This document shows, one piece after another, positions 28,587 through 37,907 of a DNA stretch of 64,000 nt. Origin of the DNA: an uncultured Gammaproteobacteria bacterium (GTDB lineage: Bacteria; Pseudomonadota; Gammaproteobacteria; Poriferisulfidales; GCA-002705445); NCBI GenBank assembly GCA_913065025.1, contig CAJYAP010000001.1, positions 49,545 through 113,544 of the forward strand, given 5' to 3'. The notes beneath the pieces are model-generated. The model made no database searches and was not told the origin of the DNA. It saw only the letters and a program-made list of their open reading frames with translations. Position numbers and translations under genes: made by a program. Numbering within the stretch: the stretch's first letter is position 1; every line of letters starts with the position of its first letter.

Positions 28587-29837
28587 ATGACAGATAATAC
28601 CAGAAGAGTAGTAGTTACAGGATTGGGTATAGTTTCGCCTGTTGGTTCATCCATAGACAAAGCATGGGAAAATATAAAAAATGGAGTTAGCGGCATAAGA
28701 AAAATTAGTTCTTTTGACGCATCTGGTTTCTCTGTTCAAATATCTGGGTCAGTAGTTGACTTCAATGCAGACGACTATATAACTCCAAAAAATCAAAAAA
28801 AGATGGATACATTTATTCATTACGGTATTGGTGCCAGTGTAATGGCCATTAATGATGCTGGTTTGGAAATTAATGAGGGTAATAGCGACAGAGTTGGAGT
28901 GTCCATTGGATCTGGTATTGGTGGATTGCCATACATTGAAAAAAATTATGGAAACTTCTTGAACAGCGGCCCAAGAAAAATATCACCCTTTTTTGTACCA
29001 AGCTCAATTATTAATATGGTTTCAGGAAATTTATCCATAATGTACGGAATAACAGGGCCAAATTTGTCCTTAGTTTCGGCATGCGCTACTGGAACACACA
29101 GCATAGGCGATGCTGCAAGAATGATAAAACATGGTTATGTTGATTGTATGATCGCTGGAGGCGCAGAAATGGCGACATGTCCTCTGGGCATAGGTGGTTT
29201 TGCATCTGCAAAAGCTCTTTGTTCAACAAATAATGAAAGCCCAGAAACGGCAAGCAGGCCTTGGGATATTAATAGAAATGGCTTTGTTCTTGGTGACGGC
29301 GCTGGAATTATGGTTCTTGAGGATTATGAGCATGCCAAAAAACGCGGCGCTAAAATTTATTGTGAAATAGTTGGTTTTGGAATGAATAGTGATGCACACC
29401 ATATGACTCAGCCGGCAGCTGGTGGAAGCGGTGCTGCAAAATGTATGAAGCAAGCATTAAAAGAAGCTTCATTAAATGATGATGAAGTAAATTATATAAA
29501 TGCTCATGGAACATCAACACCTGCAGGTGACAAAGCAGAAACAGATGCCATAAAAACAGCCTTAGGAATTGATAATGCAAAAAATACACCAATAAGTTCA
29601 ACAAAATCAATGATTGGACATTTATTAGGGGCTGCAGGAGGAGTGGAGGCTGTATTCTGTGCGTTATCTATTAAAGACAATGTGATTCCTCCAACAATTA
29701 ATTTAAATGATCAAGATCCTGAATGCGATTTAGATTACGTGCCGATTAATGCAAGAGAAGCTGATATAGAAGTGGCAATGTCTAATTCTTTTGGTTTTGG
29801 TGGTACAAACGGCACATTAATATTTAAGCGTATGTAA
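28587..29837 (+). CDS. fabF: 3-oxoacyl-ACP synthase II
   Basis: 416 aa. Active-site Cys context (SACATGTHSIGDA), His-His (HGTSTPAGD...GHLLGAAG) and the C-terminal NSFGFGGTN. Confidence 0.9.
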   Translation: MTDNTRRVVVTGLGIVSPVGSSIDKAWENIKNGVSGIRKISSFDASGFSVQISGSVVDFNADDYITPKNQKKMDTFIHYGIGASVMAINDAGLEINEGNSDRVGVSIGSGIGGLPYIEKNYGNFLNSGPRKISPFFVPSSIINMVSGNLSIMYGITGPNLSLVSACATGTHSIGDAARMIKHGYVDCMIAGGAEMATCPLGIGGFASAKALCSTNNESPETASRPWDINRNGFVLGDGAGIMVLEDYEHAKKRGAKIYCEIVGFGMNSDAHHMTQPAAGGSGAAKCMKQALKEASLNDDEVNYINAHGTSTPAGDKAETDAIKTALGIDNAKNTPISSTKSMIGHLLGAAGGVEAVFCALSIKDNVIPPTINLNDQDPECDLDYVPINAREADIEVAMSNSFGFGGTNGTLIFKRM

Positions 29838-29839
29838 TA

Positions 29840-30658
29840 ATGAACCTAGTTAATGGAAAATCTAGCTCAAGTATTTCAATATTTGATAGAGGTTTTCTTT
29901 ATGGTGATAGCATATTTGAAACAATACTAGTAATTAATAAAAAACCTAATAACTTAAATCTTCATCTGAAGAGAATAAAATCAGGCTGTTTATCATTAAA
30001 GATAAAAAATTTAAATTATAGCTTACTCTCAAAATACATCAATAAAGCATTAATTAATGAAAAAAATTGCGTACTAAATATTAACATTACCAGAGGAACA
30101 GCTAAAAAAAGAGGTTATAATATTAAATTCTGTCCACTTAGGCCTAATATTATTTTAACAACAAGTAAAATACCAAAATTTCCAGCTTCATACAAAACAA
30201 ATGGAATAAAAACAAAATTCTCGAGCATGAAGCTAAGTAATAGTCCTAATTTATCAAAAATAAAACATTCGAATAGACTTGAGCAAATAATAGCAACAAA
30301 TGAAATAACAAAAAATTTTCCAGAACTAATACTATGTGATCAAAAAAATTACATAATAGAAGGTATATCAAGTAATATATTTTTTATTAAAAAAAATATT
30401 TTTTATACTCCTATGATTCATGAGAGTGGAGTTGATGGTGTAATGAAATCACTGATAATTAAAATTCTTAAAAAAAATAATTATCAAGTTTTAGAAAAAG
30501 AAATTAAGAAAGAAGAGGTAAAAAATTATGACGGAGCCTTTTTTTGTAATTCTGTTCGCTTGATTTGGAATATTAAATCTATAGAAAAACTAAAATATAA
30601 AGAAAATAAATTTATAAAAAATATTATAGAGTTAGTTAATAATGAAATATATAAATAA
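29840..30658 (+). CDS. pabC: Aminodeoxychorismate lyase (fold-type IV PLP enzyme)
   Basis: 272 aa, fold-type IV. In the conserved position after fabF and before mltG, as E. coli pabC. Confidence 0.7.
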   Translation: MNLVNGKSSSSISIFDRGFLYGDSIFETILVINKKPNNLNLHLKRIKSGCLSLKIKNLNYSLLSKYINKALINEKNCVLNINITRGTAKKRGYNIKFCPLRPNIILTTSKIPKFPASYKTNGIKTKFSSMKLSNSPNLSKIKHSNRLEQIIATNEITKNFPELILCDQKNYIIEGISSNIFFIKKNIFYTPMIHESGVDGVMKSLIIKILKKNNYQVLEKEIKKEEVKNYDGAFFCNSVRLIWNIKSIEKLKYKENKFIKNIIELVNNEIYK

Positions 30659-31637
30659 ATTATCTTTGCCAAGAACTATAATCTTAATTTGTGTAATTTC
30701 TATATTATCTTTTTTTTCATATTTAAATTATTCTCTGAATAAAAATATTTATAATTACGAAAATTTTTCTTTTCAAGTTAATTCTGGTGAAAGCGTAAGT
30801 AAAGTTATTAATAAATTAAAAGAAAAAGGTTTAATAGATTCAGATTTGAGAATTAAAATTATCTCTTATATTTACAATATTAAGCCTCGTTTTATAATTG
30901 GAAAATATTTAGTTGAAAAAAATGAAACTGAAAACACTCTGTTAAGAAAACTTCTTACCGGCCAAGTAATTCAGAACTTTATTACTATTATTGAAGGTAG
31001 CACATATAAGGAAATTCTTTTAACCTTAAAAGATAGCAAACTCATAAAATTTAATAAGAATATTAATTATTCTGAAAAAATATTTCCGTCAAAGATTAAA
31101 TTTGTTACGCCGGAAGGAACTTGTTTCCCAGATACTTATAAATTCTCCTCTGGAATATCAGTTGACAAGTTTCTAAGTAATTGTTCAAGAAATATGGAAG
31201 ATATATTAATGAAGTACTGGAAAGCGCGTGATTATTCATTGCCTTATAAAACTCCTTATGAAATGCTTATTATGGCTTCTATAATTGAAAAAGAAACATC
31301 AGATTTTTATGAAAAACCTATTGTAGCAAGTGTTTTTATTAATAGATTAAATAAAAAAATGCGCTTACAAGCTGACCCAACAGTAATTTATGGTATAAAA
31401 AATTTTAATGGTGATATCACAAAAAAAGACTTAATGGCAAATAACGAATATAATACCTATAGAATTAATGGTCTGCCAAAGACTCCAATATGCTCGCCTG
31501 GTGAAAGATCTATAGAGGCAGCTAGCAAGCCTGCGATTAGCGATTATTTATATTTTGTAGCTAATAATAAAGGCAAGCATGTTTTTTCAACAAATTATAA
31601 AGATCATGTTAAAGCTGTGAATAAATATCAAAAATAA
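30642..31637 (+). CDS. mltG: Endolytic murein transglycosylase MltG (YceG family)
   Basis: N-terminal TM helix and YceG domain, with a conserved ...LQADPTVIYG... region and a YLYFVA..GKHVFS.NY..H C-terminal end. Confidence 0.8.
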   Translation: MKYINKLSLPRTIILICVISILSFFSYLNYSLNKNIYNYENFSFQVNSGESVSKVINKLKEKGLIDSDLRIKIISYIYNIKPRFIIGKYLVEKNETENTLLRKLLTGQVIQNFITIIEGSTYKEILLTLKDSKLIKFNKNINYSEKIFPSKIKFVTPEGTCFPDTYKFSSGISVDKFLSNCSRNMEDILMKYWKARDYSLPYKTPYEMLIMASIIEKETSDFYEKPIVASVFINRLNKKMRLQADPTVIYGIKNFNGDITKKDLMANNEYNTYRINGLPKTPICSPGERSIEAASKPAISDYLYFVANNKGKHVFSTNYKDHVKAVNKYQK

Positions 31638-31640
31638 ATT

Positions 31641-32273
31641 ATGAAAAAAGGAAAATTAATAAGTTTTGAGGGAATTGAAGGAGTAGGAAAAACAACTACG
31701 ATAAAATCCATAAAGCTATTTTTAGAAGAAAAGGGTATTCAGGTTTACTGCACACGCGAACCTGGCGGAACAAAATATGGTGAGTCTTTGAGAAGTGTTT
31801 TACTTAATAATAAATCAATTATATCGCCTGAAGCAGAACTTTTACTTATGTTTTCGATAAGAAATCAGCATATCGAAGAAATTATAAAACCAAAATTATC
31901 TGATGGTATATGGGTGTTGTGTGATAGATTTATTGATGCATCAATTGCATACCAAGGATATGGAAAGAAAGTTAGTATAAAAAAAATTAAATTATTAATT
32001 AATAACTTTACGGAAAACATTATACCAGATATAACTATATTCTTTGACCTTCCATATGATTTAGCAAAAGAAAGATTCCCTAAGAATAAAAAAAAAGATA
32101 GATTTGAAAATTTAAATAGCATGTTTTTTGATAATGTTTATAAAGGCTATTTAAAACAAGCTAACGAGAATAAGAAAAGAATAAAAATAATCAATGCGAA
32201 TTGTGATAAAAAAGAAGTCAATAATCAAATCATTTTAGAATTAAATAAAGCTTTTAAAGAGATAAAACTATAA
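31641..32273 (+). CDS. tmk: Thymidylate kinase
   Basis: P-loop ISFEGIEGVGKTT, DRF motif and LID region. 210 aa. Confidence 0.9.
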   Translation: MKKGKLISFEGIEGVGKTTTIKSIKLFLEEKGIQVYCTREPGGTKYGESLRSVLLNNKSIISPEAELLLMFSIRNQHIEEIIKPKLSDGIWVLCDRFIDASIAYQGYGKKVSIKKIKLLINNFTENIIPDITIFFDLPYDLAKERFPKNKKKDRFENLNSMFFDNVYKGYLKQANENKKRIKIINANCDKKEVNNQIILELNKAFKEIKL

Positions 32274-32939
32274 ATTACTATATAATATTTTTTTTTCGAG
32301 AATTGCAGTCAGTAAAACAACCTCATTGAAGCCATTTTTTTTTGCTTCTATAATATCTGATGTGCATCCAATACCACCTGATATTATTATCTCAGCGTTT
32401 GGGAATAGTTCCTTTGCGTAGTTAGCGTTTTCTTTATTAATACCATTTTTCATGCCAATATTATCTAAATTCATTGATATAACTTTCTTTGGAGTTAAAT
32501 ATTTGTAATTATTATTTTTTTTAATTAACTTTTTGTTTTTAAAATCTAATGAGAGTATTAAGTTTGAATATCTTTTGTTCACTAGATCTATATAATCCTC
32601 ATAAGTCTCGGTAGCTACAACCTGTATATAATTAGTATTTTTATATCGATTTAATTGACTGTATTTTCTAACCCCGTTATCTATAATAAAATTAATATTA
32701 GGAAATTTGGCCAATATTTTATCTATTAAACTACACTCACTTTTAAAATTCACAATAGAATCTAAATCTGCTAAATATATTGTGTTAAAATGATGAATCG
32801 AGAGTAGATATTGTATGAATGCTAATGGATCAGAACTTGGTGATAGTTTTTTTGAAATTTCACTATAATTACGCTTTTTTCCTTGCATAGCAGTAACCAC
32901 TTTATTATTTTTTAGATCTATAGCTGGTATTAACTTCAT
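32268..32939 (-). CDS. HisA/HisF-like (beta/alpha)8-barrel protein, archaeal COG1411 type (MfnB / 'orf19'-like)
   Basis: 223 aa. Starts MKLIPAIDLKNNKVV, the HisA-type N-terminal phosphate-binding motif, and ends with a glycine-rich ISGGIG segment. The rest of his biosynthesis is absent here. Its 3' end overlaps the tmk stop, and its start is 6 bp from the divergent ATP-grasp start. Confidence 0.55.
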   Translation of the reverse strand: MKLIPAIDLKNNKVVTAMQGKKRNYSEISKKLSPSSDPLAFIQYLLSIHHFNTIYLADLDSIVNFKSECSLIDKILAKFPNINFIIDNGVRKYSQLNRYKNTNYIQVVATETYEDYIDLVNKRYSNLILSLDFKNKKLIKKNNNYKYLTPKKVISMNLDNIGMKNGINKENANYAKELFPNAEIIISGGIGCTSDIIEAKKNGFNEVVLLTAILEKKILYSNL

Positions 32940-32945
32940 AAAATT

Positions 32946-33926
32946 ATGGATATATTAATTTACGAACATATTTTAGGAGGTGGTTGTAATGAAAACCCTT
33001 CCCCTGCAATACTAAATGAGGCAAAACTCATTGTTAGATCATTAGTAGATGATTTAACAAGAGAATATCCTGACTCCAAGATATCACTATTAACAAATAA
33101 AAAAAATAAAAATATATTAAGTAACATAAGTCTAGTTTTTATAGATCACTCAGCAAGTTTAATATTTAATATTGTTTCAAATATAAAAAAAAACGATAAG
33201 GTTTTAATCTTAGCTCCTGAAGAAAATGAAATTATGTACAAGATTGTTAAGGATCTCGAGTCAGAAAAAATTAGTTTAATCAATTGCTCCAGTGATTTTA
33301 TTTATAAAACAACATACAAAGTATTAACAAATAATAACTTAATAAATTCTAATAAATATATTATTAAAATTTATAGCAGCTATAAAAATATTGATAAAAA
33401 TCAAAGTATAGTTGCAAAATCTAATGATGGTCTTGGCGCTGAAAAATTATTTATCTTTAAAAATAGAGAGGATCTTGAGAATAATGAGAAAAAATTACTA
33501 GAAAAACATATTTTTCAAGAATATATAATTGGTGATGTTGTTGGTATAAATATTATCTCAAGTTTTGATAAAATTAATATTCTTTCAGTAAACAAGCAAG
33601 TTTATAAAAAAAATTCTAAAAATGAAATTTTTCTTGAAAAAATTATTTTTGGTGAATTTAATAACATGATAGATATATTTAAAATTTTTGTAAGAAATAT
33701 ATTAGGTAATTTTAGTGGTTTTTATGGATTTATAGGTATTGATGCTATTATAACAAATGATAAGAAAATATTATTTCTTGAAATAAATCCTAGGCTTACT
33801 ACTTCATATATAGGTCTTCATAAAACTTTAGGATTTAACCCTATAAAACTACTTTATAAACAAGATTATAATTATGATGTTAAAGACAATAAAGTTTTTT
33901 CGGTAGATATTACAAATGACAAGTAA
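32946..33926 (+). CDS. ATP-grasp ligase (COG1821-like; MfnD / 'orf21'-like)
   Basis: 326 aa. C-terminal ATP-grasp signature ...ILFLEINPRLT... and an upstream glycine-rich loop (GFYGFIGIDAI). Confidence 0.6.
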   Translation: MDILIYEHILGGGCNENPSPAILNEAKLIVRSLVDDLTREYPDSKISLLTNKKNKNILSNISLVFIDHSASLIFNIVSNIKKNDKVLILAPEENEIMYKIVKDLESEKISLINCSSDFIYKTTYKVLTNNNLINSNKYIIKIYSSYKNIDKNQSIVAKSNDGLGAEKLFIFKNREDLENNEKKLLEKHIFQEYIIGDVVGINIISSFDKINILSVNKQVYKKNSKNEIFLEKIIFGEFNNMIDIFKIFVRNILGNFSGFYGFIGIDAIITNDKKILFLEINPRLTTSYIGLHKTLGFNPIKLLYKQDYNYDVKDNKVFSVDITNDK

Positions 33927-34950
33927 AATTTTCTTAGGTTGGGATATTGGAGGGGCAAACACAAAAGTTTGTGTATTCGAAGAAAACTTTAACATAATCG
34001 ATATGCATGTTAAGAATATTACGATATGGAGTAATTTTTATAATCTAAATAATTTTTTCAAATATATTTCTTCATTGTATAGTTCATATGATATTTATAA
34101 TTATATTACAATAACTGCAGAATCATGTGATAACTTTAAAAGTAGACATGCTGGAGTAAATCAAATTTTAAATAACTGTGATTTTTATATTTCTGGAAAA
34201 AAATATTATTATACAAATGATAATTTATACATAAAATACGATGAAGCAACTGCTAATCCAGAACGTCTATATTCAACAAATTGGATGCTTACTTCACATT
34301 ACTTAAATAATTTAAATGAAATAAATTTAATTATTGATATGGGGTCAACAACAACCGATTTTATTTATAAAAATATGAGTATAAAAGATAATATAAATGA
34401 TTATAGTAGGTTACTCAATAACACGTTGTTATATGCAGGAGTTGTTAGAACGCCACTAGCAATGATTTCTGAGAAAATAGAATTTTCTTCTTGCACAATA
34501 CCTTTAATTAAAGAAGTATTCGCAACTACTGGTGATATATTTAATATTACTAATGATATAGATTTTAGTAAATTAGATTACAGCGGTGCAGATAATTTGG
34601 ATTATACAAGAAATAACTCATTTATAAGATTATCAAGATCAATCGGGCTTGACTATGATAAAAAAAATGAACAAAAACTAATTCACCTTTGCGAGTCTTT
34701 TAAAAAAATACTAATGAGTTTAGTATTAAATAATATACGTCTTCTTTACAATGACAATTTAGATGAAATTTCACTTGCTTCAGTCGGCGAAGGAAGATTT
34801 TTAGTTGAAGATTTGGCAATTATAAATAGTATAAAATACAAAGATATAGAAAAAGAAAACTTTTTTTCAATAAAAAATGTAGATGATAAACTTGTTTATA
34901 AAAATTTAACTTCAGCTCTAGTTGTTATGAATTATTTTAAAATTAAATAA
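33916..34950 (+). CDS. ASKHA-fold hydantoinase-like protein ('H4MPT-linked C1 transfer pathway protein' family; MfnF / 'orf22'-like)
   Basis: 344 aa. N-terminal LGWDIGGANTKV is the ASKHA/hydantoinase-A phosphate-1 motif, and a second ...IIDMGSTTTD... motif follows. Overlaps the ATP-grasp stop by 11 nt. Confidence 0.55.
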   Translation: MTSKIFLGWDIGGANTKVCVFEENFNIIDMHVKNITIWSNFYNLNNFFKYISSLYSSYDIYNYITITAESCDNFKSRHAGVNQILNNCDFYISGKKYYYTNDNLYIKYDEATANPERLYSTNWMLTSHYLNNLNEINLIIDMGSTTTDFIYKNMSIKDNINDYSRLLNNTLLYAGVVRTPLAMISEKIEFSSCTIPLIKEVFATTGDIFNITNDIDFSKLDYSGADNLDYTRNNSFIRLSRSIGLDYDKKNEQKLIHLCESFKKILMSLVLNNIRLLYNDNLDEISLASVGEGRFLVEDLAIINSIKYKDIEKENFFSIKNVDDKLVYKNLTSALVVMNYFKIK

Positions 34951-34955
34951 CTAAT

Positions 34956-36296
34956 ATGAATAAGATTAAAATACAATATTATAAAAATTCATGTATATAT
35001 GGTGAGTTTATAAAAAAAAATAATTGGTTTATTTATTTAGACAGTTGTAACGATATTGGATCTTTTGGAACCTACGATATATTATCTTGCAATCCATATA
35101 TAAAAATGACAAGTAATGGTAATTTTATAAATATAGAAAACAATGGCGTTAAATCTTCATTTTACGATAATCCTTTTGATGTTATAAAAAAATACTATAA
35201 ACAAAATAATATTAATTCTGAGTTTCCATTTAGCTCAGGAATGATTGGATACTTTGGCTATGATGCACTAAAAACAAGTAAATCTGAAAATCAGGATTTT
35301 CCTGATATCGCAGTCGGTTTTTATGATTGGGCTATTGTTGTAGATCATAATAAAAAAGAAACATATGTTGTATATAAAAAAATTAATACTTTTATCGATA
35401 AAATAGTAGACTATTTTAGTATAAGAAATACTTTTGCAGATAAAAAAACAAAATATAAGTTTTTCAATTTTCATCAAAATACCTCTAAAAGTAATTATAT
35501 TAAAGATGTATTGCTAATTAAAAAATATATTAGTGATGGGGACTGTTATCAGGTAAACTATTCTCAGAATTTTTCTGCAAAGTATGATGGTGATCCATGG
35601 GATATTTATAAAGATATAAGAAAATTAAATCCAGCCCCGTATTCCTCTTTTTTTAGTTTTGACAATAAGTATATTATTAGTTCATCTCCAGAAAGATTTA
35701 TTTCTATTAATAATAATTGCGTTCAAACAAAACCAATAAAAGGAACTCTCAAAAGATTACCGGACCCAAAAGAAGATTTTAGCCAAATTGATATTCTTAA
35801 AAACGATGAAAAAAATTTAGCTGAGAATCTTATGATTGTTGATTTATTGCGAAATGATTTAAGTAAATGTTGTATGCTAGGAACTGTTAAAGTGAGCAAA
35901 TTATTTGAGATTGAAAGTTACGCATCAGTTCATCATATGGTGAGCACTATTGAAGGTAAGCTCGAAAAAAACAATACTTCTATCGATATACTTGAAGCTT
36001 GTTTTCCTGGTGGATCAATTACTGGGGCACCAAAAAAACGTTCTATGGAAATAATTGACGAATTAGAAAATCGCAATAGAGGGGTTTATTGCGGATCAAT
36101 AGGATATTTTGATGAAAATAATAATATGGACACCAATATATGTATAAGAACTATTATGTTAACTAAAAATACTATAAATTTTGCCGCAGGAGGCGGAATA
36201 GTCCATGATTCTAACCCGGAGGATGAATATTATGAAAGCTTAGAAAAAGTTTCTATATTTATTAAATATTTTTCTAATGGGGATTTTAAATGGTAG
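34956..36296 (+). CDS. pabB: Aminodeoxychorismate synthase component I (chorismate-binding enzyme)
   Basis: 446 aa. Chorismate-binding domain motifs SPERF, PIKGTLKR (a lysine here is the PabB hallmark; TrpE has alanine), GAPK and CGSIGYF. Lies 5 nt downstream of the ASKHA gene. Confidence 0.75.
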   Translation: MNKIKIQYYKNSCIYGEFIKKNNWFIYLDSCNDIGSFGTYDILSCNPYIKMTSNGNFINIENNGVKSSFYDNPFDVIKKYYKQNNINSEFPFSSGMIGYFGYDALKTSKSENQDFPDIAVGFYDWAIVVDHNKKETYVVYKKINTFIDKIVDYFSIRNTFADKKTKYKFFNFHQNTSKSNYIKDVLLIKKYISDGDCYQVNYSQNFSAKYDGDPWDIYKDIRKLNPAPYSSFFSFDNKYIISSSPERFISINNNCVQTKPIKGTLKRLPDPKEDFSQIDILKNDEKNLAENLMIVDLLRNDLSKCCMLGTVKVSKLFEIESYASVHHMVSTIEGKLEKNNTSIDILEACFPGGSITGAPKKRSMEIIDELENRNRGVYCGSIGYFDENNNMDTNICIRTIMLTKNTINFAAGGGIVHDSNPEDEYYESLEKVSIFIKYFSNGDFKW

Positions 36297-36889
36297 TTGT
36301 TAAGATTGGAGGTAGCCTGCAATCAACAAAATATATTCGGTATTGGATTAAAGCAGTAAAGTTAAATAGAAATACAAGCTTCTTATTAGTTTTTGGTGGA
36401 GGAAAGTATGCTGATGAAATAAGACGACAGCAAAAAATAAAACTATATAGCGATTACGAAGCTCATAAAAATGCTGTTAATGCTATGAAAAGTTTCACAA
36501 AAGATTACTCAAATGAGCTTAAAGATTTTTTATATATTAAGTCAGTTGATAGCATTAAAAAAAACTACAAAAAAAGAAAGCTTTTAACATGGCTGCCATC
36601 TGTTAATGAGGTTGGTAAACTCAATATACCTTTAGATTGGAATGCTACATCAGATTCTATTGCTCTAGCAATCGCAAAAAAAACAAACTCACCATTAATT
36701 ATTGTGAAGTCTTTGAAATTTAATTCAAAAAAATATATGAATAGTTTTTTCTTAAAAGACCAAATTTTGGATAAATATTTTTCTGATAATTATAAACTTC
36801 ATGATCAGAAGATATCAATAACTTCAAGAGATAAATTTTATAAGCTTAAAAAAATTTGTAAAGATTTTTCAAGAAATATTAATTGTTAA
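36290..36889 (+). CDS. Amino-acid-kinase-fold small kinase (COG1608-like; MfnE / 'orf20'-like)
   Basis: 199 aa. N-terminal VVKIGGS plus second glycine motif LLVFGGGKYAD, typical of the carbamate/amino-acid kinase and isopentenyl-phosphate-kinase fold. Overlaps the pabB stop by 7 nt. Confidence 0.5.
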   Translation: MVVVKIGGSLQSTKYIRYWIKAVKLNRNTSFLLVFGGGKYADEIRRQQKIKLYSDYEAHKNAVNAMKSFTKDYSNELKDFLYIKSVDSIKKNYKKRKLLTWLPSVNEVGKLNIPLDWNATSDSIALAIAKKTNSPLIIVKSLKFNSKKYMNSFFLKDQILDKYFSDNYKLHDQKISITSRDKFYKLKKICKDFSRNINC

Positions 36890-37907
36890 TATTTCTGCTT
36901 AATAATATAGCTATCCATTTTGTGTCATTATTACTCTCAAGTGCTATTTTCATTATCATTGTTAATGGAACTGATAAAAGCATCCCAACAGGTCCCAACA
37001 GCCAACCCCAAAATATTAACGATAAAAAAATTATCAACGTTGATAGACCAAGTTCTTTACCAAGGTACTTGGGTTCTACAATACTCCCCATGACAACATT
37101 TACTATCAAATATATTAGTGCAACTAGTATTGCGTAATAAAAATTTAATTGCACTAAAGCTATTAATATTGCCGGTATCGAGGCTATAATGGATCCAATA
37201 TTTGGAATATAATTTAAAAAGAAAGCTATTAATCCCCATAAGATTGCATGGTCAAGCCCTATAATCATTAATGAAACATAAATTAGCATGCCTGTGATAA
37301 TGCTAACAATTGTTTTAATTGTAAGATATTTATTCATATTTTCACTAAAAGCGTAAAAATTTGTAATTGATCTATCGCTATTGTTAAAAGCTAATTTAAG
37401 TTTCTTTGAAAACCCAGCGGCTTCTAGAAGGGTGAACATAACGATAAAAAGTATTAGAAAATAATTTGTTAAAACATTTCCAAATGCACTTATTGTGTTT
37501 GCTACTGACTGTATTAAGAATGATGGGTCAACATAGTCGTATAAAAAATTAGAGTCAACATTAATATCATATTGTTTTAATGTTGATGAAATATTACCAA
37601 TCTCGTTATATATTTTTTCTTTATATTCAGGTAATGACTTTCTAAAGCTGTTTAATGATGAGCCTATTAATGCAGCAATACTTAAACTAACTGAAATAAT
37701 TGTAATTAGTACTAATGATACCGATATTGGTGTATTAATTTTTTTAGACTGAAAATATTTTAACAGTGGAAAAGATATTAATGCTATAAACATGGATAAA
37801 AAGAAGGGGACTACAATCTTATCCGCTATCTTAAGTCCAGCAAATATTATTATTAATCCACTAATAGTTAGAATTGTTTTATATACTGCACTATTCTTGC
37901 TCTGCAT
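36879..37907 (-). CDS. AI-2E family (PerM/YhhT, UPF0118) transporter
   Basis: 342 aa with about 8 TM helices. Conserved C-terminal region GLLGPVGMLLSVPLT. Confidence 0.7.
   Translation of the reverse strand: MQSKNSAVYKTILTISGLIIIFAGLKIADKIVVPFFLSMFIALISFPLLKYFQSKKINTPISVSLVLITIISVSLSIAALIGSSLNSFRKSLPEYKEKIYNEIGNISSTLKQYDINVDSNFLYDYVDPSFLIQSVANTISAFGNVLTNYFLILFIVMFTLLEAAGFSKKLKLAFNNSDRSITNFYAFSENMNKYLTIKTIVSIITGMLIYVSLMIIGLDHAILWGLIAFFLNYIPNIGSIIASIPAILIALVQLNFYYAILVALIYLIVNVVMGSIVEPKYLGKELGLSTLIIFLSLIFWGWLLGPVGMLLSVPLTMIMKIALESNNDTKWIAILLSRNINN

Noticed and set aside
32268-36889. Interpretation of the archaeal-type module as a recently acquired horizontal island
   Set aside because: Its base composition and amino-acid bias (N/K/I-rich) are indistinguishable from the flanking core genes. 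Genes are translationally coupled to each other and packed against tmk, and no mobility genes or tRNA-flanked boundaries occur. If foreign in origin, it is anciently ameliorated.
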